From: Enoplolaimus lenunculus
Taxonomy: Eukaryota
Assembly (NCBI GenBank): GCA_030248215.1
Contig: JASANG010002509.1
Coordinates: 62,001-126,000, forward strand
Direction: 5' to 3'
DNA length: 64,000 bases
Every line of letters starts with the position of its first letter. The stretch's first letter is position 1. A program made the translations under genes and the position numbers. A model generated the notes under the pieces. That model saw nothing but the letters and a program-made list of their open reading frames with translations. It did no database searches and was not told the DNA's origin. Positions 48,555-61,333 of the stretch are shown piece by piece.

Positions 48555-48951
48555 GGTTAATGTTACATTTTTAGGGGTGTAACAGTAGATTAAGCGTATT
48601 CCTATGCCTAAGGGCCCATGTATAGAACAGGGCCGGAACGTTTTGCGGTGGGAGTGTAATTGATTAACCTAATGTTTTAGACTTATTTTTTTTGCTTGGG
48701 CTTAGGCTTGGGCTTAGATATAAGCTCATTCTTACGCTTTGGCTTAGGCTTAGGCTTAGGAATATGCTTATACTACAGTTCCGGCCTTGTTCTATACATG
48801 GGCCGCCTAAGCCTAACCCTGAGCGTTGCAAAAGTGTGTTCTTAAGCCTAAGCCTAAACCTGAACCTAAGCAAAAAATGTAATCTAGAATCTAAACCTAC
48901 TTTTTTATTGACCCACCAGAAATCTGGACGCTCCTTAAAGTAACATGGGCC
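48555..48951. mobile_element. Subfamily C MITE with subfamily A inserted into its GCCTAA tract (48613-48804)
   Basis: C-type ends; GCCTAAG duplicated on both sides of GGCCCATG...CATGGGCC. Confidence 0.75.
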
Positions 48952-49088
48952 ATTGTTTTTCCAGGTAAATCATTTTCATTTTTTGTTTTCAATTTGAAAC
49001 CAGGCAGGAATTTCCATATTAGGGTGTGACGAGCGGATGCGCATCAATGCTTTAAAATGCAAACAGGAGGATGGTTTATAAATAATCT

Positions 49089-49297
49089 GGCTCGTGTTAC
49101 TTTAAAGGGCGTCCAGGAATGTGGTGGGTCCATAAAATAGTAAGTTTACATTCTAGATTACATTTTTTAGCTTAGGCTTAGTGTTCGGCTTAGGCTTAGG
49201 CTTAGGCTTAGGAACATATTTTTGCAACGCTTAGGCTTAGACTCATGCTTAGCAAAATGTTTAATCTACTGTTACGTGCCTAAAAGTAACATTGACC
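49089..49297. mobile_element. TTAGGC-carrying MITE, subfamily C
   Basis: Perfect 8-bp TSD AATAATCT. Confidence 0.8.
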
Positions 49298-49757
49298 AAT
49301 AATCTAAATATAATTTTCAGGCAATATATCCAATACAGTTGATTTGGTTGGTTTTATTGTTTTAGCAATCACAGCCACTGTAAAGAACAGAAGCGGAACA
49401 TTATTGTAATACATATTCCTAAGCCTAAGCCGAAGCTTAAGCGTAAGAAAGCATATTCCTGAGCGTAAACCTATGCCTATACCAAGCAAAAAAATTAGTC
49501 TAAAGCTTAAGCTTACTCTTTTCTAATTCCACAGAAAAACGTTCCGCCCCTGATGTTTACATGGACCACTATCAGATACGTTAGCTTTAAATTATAATTA
49601 AATGGCAGAGATGCTAATTTTATTTTTTTACTGCAAGTCACTTTTTGGCACAATATTTGAGCTCGCCCATCCAGCGTGCATGACGCCTTGATTTGGCCAC
49701 TATGTGTTATATTTTCGCGACTGTTCCCTAAAACAATTTGATGGAAATCAATATTAA

Positions 49758-50020
49758 CCCTATTTCACATGAATATTTTCTATTTCCCCTGAGACCTGCT
49801 TTTATGCTAGGATTCGAACTCTAATGGCTGGAGTGGGAGGCGTATACCATCACCACTCAGCTATAGGAGCTTTACGCTCGACCCCGAGGTGGCTCTCACG
49901 TCTTGTGGTGATTTAGTACTATGTATACGTGTTGCAATTGTTAAACACGGTGCGATATATACTAGTTAACGTATATACACTGCGCTGAGTTGCCAATAAG
50001 CAACTCAATGTGAGAAGGGG
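49758..50020. mobile_element. piggyBac-like MITE, longer inverted sister copy with a tRNA-like insert (~49795-49870, minus strand)
   Basis: TTAA|CCC...GGGG|TTAA; shares ~125 bp with 46403-46571; A box TAGCTGAGTGG and B box GAGTTCGAATCC on the minus strand. Confidence 0.75.
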
Positions 50021-51252
50021 TTAACCCGTAATATCAACCGTGTGAAGCTTTGTCCTCAGTCGCCGTTCTTCAACTCTTTCAGCGCTTGCATTTCTATCTT
50101 GTTACTTGTGCTATTTGTACGTACCTTAGTACCAAATTATTTATTTAATTATGTAGATGACATTCTAAATATATGCATCATCATGGTGTATGGTGTAGAA
50201 TATGAAAAACAGTACATTTTTAGACGATCGTTCGCCTTGTTTTTCAAAATAGTTTAAGTGATTTTTTAAGCTAAAAACAGACGCCGTTGAATGGGCTGAT
50301 TATAGCATTGTTTTTTCAGCTAACAATCGTTGAACGCCATTTGTGGGCCGTTCTGATTTGGAAAGGAGAGTGTTACAATACTTCCATGTACAGAACTAGC
50401 GTTTCTAGTGTACAGTAGTGGGCTTAAGATCTATTTTGTCATTCTTGACCAGTTTCGTAAGCCTATTTTGTGTAATGTTTTGAACGATATTCTAAGACCC
50501 AGTCGTTGAAAATCTTTAAAATATACGGGTGATTAAGGTGTTGTTTTTTTACTTTTGAATGGATATAAACGTTAGCGAGATTACAGTTCAAAGGTTAGCG
50601 GTACGAAAACTTCCTCAAATAGGACAGTAATTCATGGGTTAGTTAAACGGCTTAATCACACTAGCGATACGGTCACCAAACTGCATGCAGGCCTGAATAA
50701 AATTGAATTCGCGACTTCAAAGTATACTAAAGTTTTCAAAGTACATTCCTAACTGCTTATAACTTTGCATTATCGCTCATACTTCTGGTACAAGACAAAC
50801 GTTTAAAATTCAACGGATTTGCAGTACCGGATGCATATCAGTAGCGAGCGGTGGCAGAGTGTGGGTTAAAAGTAAATAACAGTCCGTAACCGAATACCAA
50901 AAGGGGTACACTCTGGAAAGGTCAAATAAAATATCAGTCTCCCGTCTTATTCGGGTCACTACAGTAGACGTTTAAAACGCCGAAATGTTTTACTATTGTC
51001 GCTTTTTAACTTTTTCGGTTGAAGCGATGTTTACTAAAGACTGGATGTCTACCATGTGCTATATAGCGATGTCGGTTTGGTCATATTTCGCATGTTTTGC
51101 TATAATACTTAGCTTGGTTTATAATTTTGTGACAGAAAAGAAAACTTTCACAATCGTGCGTTTGTATAATTTGTCAAAAAAAGTGGCACGAAATGTGAAT
51201 GTATTTATGATTTGTATTGCAACACCGTATTTTATTCAACATTTTAAAATTT

Positions 51253-51505
51253 GGCCCATGTAAAGATCAGGGGCGGAACGTTTTTCTGTGGGACTGCAAT
51301 CGAGTAAGCTTATGCTTTGGATTTGTTTGGCTTAGGCTTAGAGCCTTACGGGTTAGGCTTAGGAATATGCTCATTCTTACGCTTAGGCTTGGGGTTAGGC
51401 TTAGGCTTAGGAATATGCTCATTCTTACGCTTAGGCTTTGGCTTAGGCTTAGGCTTATAGTAATATGCTTATAATACTGCTCCACACCTGTTCTTTACAT
51501 TGGCT
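51253..51505. mobile_element. TTAGGC-carrying MITE, subfamily B
   Basis: Perfect 8-bp TSD TAAAATTT; related copies ~49371-49566 and 56835-57000 (truncated). Confidence 0.8.
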
Positions 51506-52563
51506 TAAAATTTCGCAACAAACACTGAAAATGGCGATTTATGTTTGGCGAATTTGTCGTTGAAACAGTTTTTTTCAGAAAAATATTTCAGAAAAGCGTA
51601 AAAAAAAATTTTTTTCTCAAAATTTTACCGATTAGCACTGGCGAAGAGTTTGCGTAGATAATATGAGTTTCATCGGTATTTAGCTTGCTTTCAGCCTTGG
51701 TAAAACTTGGTTTCAGAGACAGCAAGTAGTACCTAGCAGTCACTCCAAGGGTTGTATTGAATTTTAGCCAAAACTATAAAAAATATGTTTCAACAGTGCC
51801 ACATTTTGCCAGATTTTCATTAATATGTTTGTTGTTTGTCCGTTGTGTTTTGAGCATTTAATTAGCATAACCAAAAGCCATAAGAGATTTTCAGGTTTTA
51901 CTTCATACAACAAGCTAAACTCGACGTGATCAAACACAGCTTCGCTGTGTGTCGCCGTATTGAAGCACAATAATACGGTGTTTGTACGCTTTCACACAAG
52001 ATTTTTTGCTTAGGATTAAGTCTAAGACAAGGTTTGCTTTTTGCAAGCCTGTGTTCAGAGTCTTTGCCTAAAGCGTAAACCTAAGCCTAAACCTAATACA
52101 ATAGACGGCTAAGGGATTTGTTTATCTAGCCGTGTGATAATTTCACGAAATGCAAAACTATCCCGTGCCCCTTCAACTATTCATGGTTTGTAATTTTTTA
52201 GCCAGGGTTTTCGGCTTCAACCAGAAACTCTTAAAGTACTTTATTAGAAATCCTTGCTGTTCCAATAATTATTTAGCGAACAATTTTGGGAGCCGGCAAC
52301 CTCCTTAATAACCCAAACGAAAATATTTATCAATGTGTGGGGGGGGTTGCCCTTGTAGATTGAAAGCAAACAAAATTGCCGAAATGTTTACAACAGAACT
52401 TTATATCACATATTTTTCGATATCGTTCTCATTTTTTACATTTGTGACACGGAAATGGCGTCGTTGTTGTCGCTTACTTCTTTCGCGTGGGTTGTTACAA
52501 AATATAAACTGCTCGCGTGTTTCCCGTCATAAATTTCTGAATATGCCACTGTTCGCAACTACT

Positions 52564-52818
52564 TGTCAGTGTAGGTTGGAACTGACGGACATCAGACCTT
52601 TCTAAAAAGCAGCTGAAAAACCCGGGCCTGCGGAGCGGGGATCGAACTCTCAGCCTACGGATCGTTAAGCGAACACTCTACCACTGCGCCACGCAGCCCG
52701 CGTGTCCAACTGCATTTTTCGTCGGCTATATGTGTCGACCGTATGCTCCCGGCAAGCATACTACGCAATGTGCATTGCATATATATTGCATGCGACAACC
52801 ATGTCTCATATGCTTACA
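52564..52818 (-). mobile_element. Solo LTR-like copy of the tRNA-containing element
   Basis: TG...CA ends, flanks CTACT/CTGCT (4/5 TSD), colinear with 24675-24919. Confidence 0.7.
52624..52699 (-). pseudogene. tRNA-Val-like sequence inside the LTR
   Basis: Minus strand GGGCTGCG-TGGCGCAGTGG...TTAACGA...GAGTTCGATCC...CGCAGGCCC followed by T5; anticodon stem is defective. Confidence 0.6.
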
Positions 52819-53710
52819 CTGCTCTTTAAACTTTCATTGAAGTCACTGCCGTCTGTCGTCAAAATGCGTAGGAGTTTAAATGAAGTACAGCGCGTTCTAA
52901 AACAAGACCGGAGACCTAATAAAATTGGCATAGTTTGCGAAATAACAAAAATCTATTTTAAGTTTAATATTCGAACTGTCAAAATGTAAAAAAAATAGAT
53001 ACAATATTTACCTAATTGAACTTTAGGGAGAATTGAACTAAATTTAAATTCTATGCAATCATTTTTGAAATTTTGGCTTTTAAGATATTGTTACATTATT
53101 TTAGTTTCGTGCAAATTTACTGTGTAAAAACCAAACGTTTTTTAGCAAATTTCATCATTGATCTCGTATTGTATCAATACCACTTGACACTGAATACGAA
53201 CTTAGCGTGTTTGGCATACGGTTTCAAAATTCATTACTAAATAAATTTTTTCCACCAACTTTTTTTATTTAGCTTATTTCGCGGATTCAGGAAATATTTC
53301 CGCATTTCAAGCGAGTCTTCGGTTCAAAATATATAAGGTTCAGTTGTACCATTGGCTGCACGAAATCAATCTTGAAATGAGTTCAACGGGACCATCGTGT
53401 CGGGTACCTAGAGAAATTATTCAAATTACCTCAAACAATTTTTGTTGTTATTCAAGTGAAAGTTATCAATATTTAATGTATGAGGTTAATATTTTGGCGT
53501 TTCCAACTGTGTAACGTTTCGGTTTGCGCATGTCGTGACTAACGAACGCAAAGCTAAAAGATAAATTAATTTAAAAAATATTTGTAAATGCAAATAAAAT
53601 AGCAAAATATAGAAGACAGTAAACGACATGTTTTAGTTGCTAGAAATGAAGCTTATAACGAAATCTATTTGATGGCAATATATTTTTGGGAGTAATTTGA
53701 TAAAATCGCC

Positions 53711-54092
53711 GGCTCATGTATAGAACAGGGCCGGAACTGTAGTATAAGCATATTCCTAAGCCTAAGCTTAAGCCTAAGCCTAAGCCTAGGCCTAAGCCTA
53801 AGCGTAAGGATGAGCCTATTCCTAAGCCTAAGCGTAAGGATGAGCCTATTCCCAAGCCTAAGCGTAAGTATGAGCCTATTCCAAAGCCTAAGCGTAAGGA
53901 TGAGCCTATTCCTAAGCCTAAGCGTAAGGATGAGCCTATTCCTAAGCCTAAGCCTAAGCCTAAGCCTAAGCAAAAAATTTAGCATAAATCTTGAACTGGC
54001 CTAAGCCTAAGCAAAAAATTTAGCCTAAATCTTGAACTGACTCTGCTACGGCCCGTACGGAAAACGATCCGGCCCTGTTCTATACATGGGCC
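53711..54092. mobile_element. Subfamily A MITE with an internal 30-bp tandem amplification
   Basis: TIR CATGTATAGAACAGGGCCGGA, TSD AAATCGCC/AAAACGCC, about five TTCCTAAGCCTAAGCGTAAGGATGAGCCTA units. Confidence 0.8.
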
Positions 54093-56168
54093 AAAACGCC
54101 AATCAAATACTGGTATATTATTAAGGAAGTGTTACTCTTATGTGATTCAAGTTTTCAATCAGTAACAGTCGTATAAGGTTTGCAACGTTTGGTTTCAAAT
54201 TACTAACATTCCCATTGGGTTACAAAGACACGACAGTATTAGCTAAGTTCTCAAAATGACAATCATTGCATGACAGACGAGATAAAAAAAGTGCTGTAAT
54301 GGAGAGTTATTAAAAATGACAAGCCTAAATAGTTAGGGTTGCGCTATACTCGCCGTAAGAATAAGGACGCGGTCGCGAACCGGTGCACGGTACGGTAAAA
54401 GTGTTTACTACAGGTTGTTAGGCAAGCATGTCGGTGTGACCCGGAGCGTTCCGGCATCCGGTGTAGTCGAGCAAAGCGAAACGCTTAGAATTCTTGCGTT
54501 TACTACCAAAAACTGTCACTTGGTGATAGTGCAGAACTGATGTAATTTTTTTGCACGAATTTTGCTAAAGTTAATTGTATTAAAACTGTTCGAAGAATTG
54601 ATTATATCTTAGCAGGTAGCAGATATTAATTTCACATATAAAATGAATAAACGTCAGTCTCTAAGGTACTATAAAATAGCCTTAATCGCAGTAATTTTCC
54701 TAATGCAACTTAATGTTTGCGGAAACTTCTTAGATTCATGTATCATTTATTAGGTTACACAACGACAAATTCAGTTGTATTATTGGGTTATCGCTTTAGT
54801 AATGTTAAGTTTAAGCAGTACCATATAGAGCCATTTAGAAAATTATGCTGCAGATTCGAAGGCGCTTGAAACCATATGATTATGTAAGCTAAACATACTG
54901 TGATTGAATGTTTACAGCAGCAAGAATTCAGTGTATACAGCCGACATGTTGTCTAAATATAAAACCCTATTCACACGTGCAAGGTTTTGAAGAAAAAACT
55001 TGCACATGCATCCGGCATGTACAAGTTTGGTCACAAAGCAGCCTTGAAGTTTTTGCAGCTGCAAATTATTCACTGCAATTCATGCTATTGAATTTAACTC
55101 CCATATGAGAACGCAGTTGAAGACGCGTGAATTTCTTGCACCTGCAGTACGATTGGTCAATCCAAATGTTCTTTTGAGAATACATGCAGTTGCTAGTGTT
55201 TAATACAATTTGCAGCTGCAAGTTCTCTCTGCAAACACTTGCAGGTGTGAATGGGGCTTAAATGATATTTTTTCAATAAGCTTAAATAACCCGAATTTCA
55301 GGTCATATTATTTCAGTGCTTGCTTCCGTGTAAGAACCAAAATATCAAACAGTGCTAAATTTGAGAAAAAGTTATAATTTTCAGAATCGTTTGGACAGTT
55401 ACTGATAGTTGAATTTTAGACCAAAAATAGTATTTAGGTTCAGAAATCAACGAAAACGCCAGCTTAATATAGCTTGATGCATAGACAGCAGAATTGAGTT
55501 TTAGAACCATAATTTGAAATCAAACAATTTAGCAGAGAATTTTAAAATTTCGGGCTTCTGCTGGCTTTGAAGATTCCAATAAACTAAAAGTTACTTAAAT
55601 TTTATGTAAAAAGAGTGTTTTTAAATCTGTAGGTTATTTTGATAATTTACTGTTAAACCGCGTTCAAATAGCTGAGTTTCTTAGCTACAATGATTACTGA
55701 TTACTCAGACTTCCTGGAATACAAAATTCCGGCCGTATTTCGATTCCAGCTAATATTAAGACTATATTGTGATTGTAAATTATTGACAATCTGTCTTATT
55801 TTTAAGCCAAAAATGAGGCGAAAACTATTGGCAGATTTGCACGTTTTCGGCAATTTGAATTATTTTCATTGGACAGAAATAAAGAGTTTTAATTTTGTAA
55901 CCACCTTTAAACGACACAGCTAAACAATTGTATTGTTTAAAATTTAAATATTTCACTTCTAATTTCGGCGTTTAGTAAGAAATTTGAATTCTAATTTCGT
56001 TCAAGGTTCTAACAAAAACAATTTTAACCTGTAGCCTGTTGCTAGAAACACACACAAAAAACCCCGACCACAGTATGAATTTGACAGCTGTCACAAGTTT
56101 ATGTTTTATAGTTTGAACGTTTTATTTTTCACTTTAACCGGTACGAACGCGTTGACAAGTACCGCGAC

Positions 56169-56340
56169 CAGTGGCGGATCCAGGATCTTAAAATGGGGGG
56201 AGCCAAAATTTCACAGGTGATAAACTTACTTTTGACCCATACACAAACCACGAACTATTGTCACAAAATTGCTATATAATTTTTGTCGAGATGCTGTTGG
56301 GGGGGCACGGCCGGGGTGGCCCCCCATGGATCCGCCATTG
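56169..56340. mobile_element. hAT-like MITE (CAGTGGCGGATCC)
   Basis: TIR CAGTGGCGGATCCA/TGGATCCGCCATTG, perfect 8-bp TSD ACCGCGAC. Confidence 0.85.
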
Positions 56341-58540
56341 ACCGCGACCAGGAAATTGAAACGCAAACCGGGTGTTTACGACATTTTTATGCTCCCCTGG
56401 GGTACGAAGCGTTAATAAATTCTGGTTTGTTTATTTGGGTTTGGTCGCTCAAAACCGTTCAACCTAAACTAAGAATACGGCATTTAATTTGTGGTTTTCT
56501 TGGTATGCGTGGCTCGGCAATCCATGTAGAAGGTAGGTGCGCGTAGATCTATTGCAAACTATTAACCAAACAGTATTTGGTGATATCTCATGCCAGGAGT
56601 AGATATGATTAACCCGATAATACCATATTTTCCTTATTGAACCTGGTTCTTTGACGCCAATCAGTCCAAGTCTCCAGTGTTTTGAAATGACGGTAACGCG
56701 CCTGTGGATGGAATACTAATGCATTGTTTTCAATTAGACCATGTGTGTCTCCAGACACCGGTGTACCTTGCCATCGTTCTCAACGTAAGCAAAGTAGTGC
56801 TACCCAGGAGCGGTTGTTGGGGCGCTAGAAATTCGAGCCAATGTAAAGAACACGGACGGAACAGTATTATGAGCTTATTCCTAAGCCTAAGTCTAAGCGT
56901 AGGAATGAGCATATTCCTAAGCCTAAGCGTACGCCTTAGTCTAAGCCAAGCAAAAAAATTAGTCTAAAGCTTAAGTTTACTCTATTGCAGTCCCACAGAA
57001 AAAAGTTTCTGAGTTTACGGATTGGGAGTTCCACACAATTCGCATGGTTTCAATGGATTTCAGTTGTGAGACAATAATATGGTGAATTTCCGGGTGATTA
57101 AACAAAGCGAAGAAAAGCTTCAAAGAGCATTCGCATTGGTCGCCGCTGCGCGAACATCGCTAAGGTTCTTTGTCAAGCCGCCGGCCCGTCAGATACGTGA
57201 AACCATAAACCGTTTTACGACAGACGCCTGCATTCGTACTTGCAAATCCCTGCAGTTGTATGCAAACTCACTAATATTTTGCATATTTTTAAAAATGAAT
57301 TTCACCGAAATTTGAAATTTAAAAACCCAAAAAATTAATGAATGAAATTCTATTTTTGCTTGAACGTAGTAACTCTACTGGCTGTTTAGGTGTTTAACCA
57401 TTGCCGAAATTAGCTGAACCAATGCTTCAGATACCACTGCTAAGCATTGTTTGGTGCGTGTGGAACTAGCAAAATCATATGCATAGTTTGAGGGGGGATT
57501 GGTTTTTAGTCTTAATGGTGGCGGTTTTACTTTTGATGACGTCCGGCGCTGTCCGTCACCGGGAGCCAGACGGTGCCGAACAACAATACATTTTTATAAT
57601 ATAAACTGCTAAAATTTGTTCAAGCTAATAGTAAACTACGTGAATCTTACTAATTTACCATAATTTATCGTAACCCGCCAGTCATTCGCCGGACAGAGCC
57701 CTCAACTTTAGCCAAACCTAAAGCTAAGCCCTCAACCTAATCTTTAGCCTAAGCATTTCAATGGCCAACAAGTCGCCACATCAATGAAATTATTTATTAT
57801 GCTACCCTACAACAGGTGCCTAATATACACTAATTTGTGCAGTGTAGGTTTTCAAATATTCTGCTTCCAGGATTTAAACAAATGATGCTAACCACAAAGA
57901 TTAATATAGCAAATTTAGCACAAATTTGACATAGGCGCTAGAAGTTGTACAGCAAATTATACAAAATTATTTAGGCTCAAGTGAAAGCCCGAACAAAACC
58001 TGCTTTGTCTACGCTAGTTGTAGGTCGACGAGCAGCCGGGCTGGTGCTGTTAATAGGCATGTAGCCAGCTCACTTTGCGAAGAGGCGTGGTTAACTCATT
58101 TTCAGCAGGGACATACGTTGGATTTCGATGGCTTACAAGTAAGGTTGAAAATTGTCTATTGGAGCAAAATTGTTCCAGGGGTACTGACCACCCCTGGCCC
58201 GTTCGGTTACGGACCCATAGGACTTGCGAATTCTCGTGCTACCAAAACTTTTTCGATGTTGGAACCGTTACCTCGTTCCTTGCGCGTTGGAAAATATTTT
58301 TGTCACGTGTAGTGAACCCCGGTAAACGGTCGTAATGCTGTTTTGGTCACAGATTTATACAGTCATCTGCAGACGACAGGGTATATTTTAGAAATCGTTT
58401 TAATCTCAAAATGTTTTACAAAGCTGACGGCAACGAACGAAATACCATTTATATTTGTGTGGTTATGAAGCCAGGTTCATTTTTATGTAAAATTGCTTAA
58501 TAAGGGCAAATAACGGTGGAATTGAAGCAAACAGTCATAA

Positions 58541-58842
58541 AGCCCTATTCACACGTGCACGTTTTTGCAGCAAAAACTTGCAGCACGTGCAACTTACATG
58601 TGCAAGTTTATTTACAAAGCAGCTTTGAAGTTATTACAGCTGCAAATTAGTCACTGGAATTTATGCTATTGAATTTCATTCGCTTCTGAGAACGCAGCTG
58701 TAAGTCGCTTGAATTTCTTGCACCTGCAGTTTGATTGGTCAATCGGAATGTTCCTTTGAAAATATACTTGCAGCTGCAAGTAGGTCGCGCAAGTTGTCGC
58801 TATGAATTCTCGCTGCAAAAACTGGTACGTGTGAATGGGGCT
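58541..58842. mobile_element. PIF/Harbinger-like MITE
   Basis: AGCCCTATTCACACGTG...CGTGTGAATGGGGCT with TAA/TTA flanks; copies at ~8410-8790, 36174-36541, 54964-55258. Confidence 0.7.
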
Positions 58843-59699
58843 TTATTGAACCGTGCAAAATAGTCTATGAAATTGCTTAGTGAAACAAAGGAACCGTATT
58901 TTAATATCGATATTATTAATTCTTTACCGTAGGAACGGTTTAAAATCATACATAAGCACACAAAACAATCTGTTCACGAACCGCATAACAGACATAAGCG
59001 TAGCTTTGGCTTCAATTTCGAGAACGGGGTCTTTTCCGTTATCCCCCATCCCGAGTTTGCCCAAAAACGCTTCGATTTTGAAAATTTTTGCATATTTGAG
59101 CTTCTCATGATCTCTCCTGATCGTTTCACGCCTAAATTGAAATTTTTGAAAAATTTCGATTTTTTAGGTCCCAAGGTCCCGCCATTGGGAACTAAAATTT
59201 TTTTTGTCAAAAAGTTTAAGAAATTATATATTATTCGATGCAGCATGAAGACCTGACTAAATTTAAGAAATTTCAAAAATTTACCTACGTTCGTCAAAGC
59301 GGTTTGCCTATTCTACGTAAAATGAAATATTTCTAATATTTTAATTAAAATCCAGGTGGTAAAAATATGTACATCTTGCTATTTCTCGATATATTTGTCA
59401 GTTACGATACTGTGATAGTTTTTTTACACAAAATATTTATTAGGTACGCTTTTCTATAATATGGAAATTTCTGGTCAAATCAGGCAAAACCATTTTGATT
59501 TCTGCTTTGGTAGTCAGGGGCGTAGTCAGCGGATTTCATGTCGGAACCGAATAACAAGGAGTAAAAGGGTTCGCTTGACAGCGTAAAGAGATTGGACTGC
59601 TTGTAATAATTTACAACCTGCAAAGTATCATAAGCCGTCATAAAGGTACATTTTAGAAATTTCGGAACAGATTTTATCCCGTGTACTTTTTCAGGTATA

Positions 59700-60058
59700 T
59701 ACCCCTTAGTCACCCGTACGGCGCCGTCCGTCACCGTCCGTCACCCAACGGCGCCGTCCGCCGCCGTCCGTCACCCAACGGCGCCGTCCGCCGCCGTCCG
59801 TCAACCGTACGGCGCCGTCCGTCACCGTCCGTCAACCGTACGGTGCAGTCCGTCACTGTCCGTCACCATATATTATCGTACCTGAGTTATTTTCGTACGA
59901 TACCGCACGCTGAAGGACGGCGTCGCACGGGGACGGACGGCGCCGCACGGTGACAGACGGCGCCGTATACTGAGACGAACGGCGCCGGACGGTACCGTGC
60001 GGGTAACTAAACGGACCCGGACGGTGCCGCACGTCAAAAAGTAACCCCACAACCCTTA
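59700..60058. mobile_element. Inverted sister copy of the GC-rich foldback element
   Basis: Same central hairpin TATCGTAC...GTACGATACCGCA and GCACGTCAAAAA end. Confidence 0.75.
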
Positions 60059-60479
60059 CAATCAATTGGTTGGCGTAATGTAGGCAAGAGGTTAACACTG
60101 ACACACTTATTTGGTAAATTTATTTTCATTTACTCAGGGCAATTTTGTGTAATTTTGAAAATTGTTTCATTTGTCAAAATAAATAACTGAATATAGTATA
60201 TTTTTAAGTCAGCACTATTTTAAATTTAGAAATTTATTCCAAAAATTTGAATTTAAAACAATGTAGCGGCCGAAGATTGTTCGTTTCACGTTAGAGGTTT
60301 GAATCACAATTATTGAAATTTTGCGCTATTTTAGCACCGAGTTTTATTTTTTGCTAAAATCAACAGCTTTCTCAGAAGTCCAATACTTGGCTGATTGTGC
60401 TAACAAACAGTGCAGCAATGCTTGCGTCATTTTGCAGCTGGTTTAAAATTTGTACATAAACTATCGCCAACTGATGATA

Positions 60480-60738
60480 CACTGGAAAAAATGGGAAGTC
60501 AAATTGACTCTCTCCGAAATATGCTTTTCCTGACTACACAAACGGAGTCAAAAGTCGACTCTGCCAGTGTCAAATTCGAGACTCTGACGGAGTCGAATTT
60601 GACTCAGTTTGTGTAATCAGGAAAAGCCTATTTCCGCAGAGAGTCAATTCCACTACGGAGTCGAATTTGACTCAGTTTGTGTAGTCAGGAAAAGCCTATT
60701 TTCCCAGAGAGTCAATTACCCTCACCATTTTTATAGTG
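60480..60738. mobile_element. CMC/CACTA-like MITE inserted into another MITE end
   Basis: CACTG...TAGTG splits ...CCAACTGATGATA|GGTGCTACACACATTTGAGAAT with TA duplicated. Confidence 0.75.
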
Positions 60739-61157
60739 TAGGTGCTACACACATTTGAGAATATGGGTAAAGGTATAACGCGGCTGTTCCAAATATCCCT
60801 GTGTGCTATTTTGTGCATTTTTTGCTGTTCAAGACACGAACCTTATTTTGCATATGAGCCTAAAGCGCCATTGTAGCCTGCTTGAACAGATGTTTAACGT
60901 TCATAAATCAATGCCTGTACGAGCAGAACCAATGGCTTCAGCTCAAGAAGATTGCCAGCCTAATGAATATCGGGGGGATAGCAAAAATTTGGTAAACGGC
61001 AATTCCAGGCGTTCGTATAATTTAAAAGCGTTGAATAAATATTCGCATTTGAAAAGGCCAAAACTTTTACTACAACGACTGCTGAGTCTTTAAGTCTTAA
61101 GCATCTACGGCCTTCATTCATCTATGCCTCGATATAATAGCAACGGTATGTATCGAT

Positions 61158-61333
61158 GGCCAATGGAAAGAACAGGGCCGAAACAGTATTATAAGCTTAT
61201 TCCTCAGCCTCAGCCTAAGCCTAAGCCTAAGCCTAAGCCTAAGCCTAAGCCAAGCAAAAAAAATAGTCTAAAGCAAGTTTACTCTATTGCAGACTCACTG
61301 AAAAACGTTCCGCCCTTGATCTTTACATGGGTG
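61158..61333. mobile_element. TTAGGC-carrying MITE, subfamily B
   Basis: TSD GTATCGAT/TTATCGAT. Confidence 0.75.

Noticed and set aside
52624..52699. Functional tRNA gene (also ~24793-24865, 25100-25177, 49795-49870)
   Set aside because: Anticodon and T stems are mispaired and the sequences are embedded in mobile elements
56470..56830. GC-richer unique segment with ~70-aa open frames and an intron-like GT...CAG on the minus strand
   Set aside because: No recognisable domain and no coherent exon chain; needs BLASTX or RNA-seq
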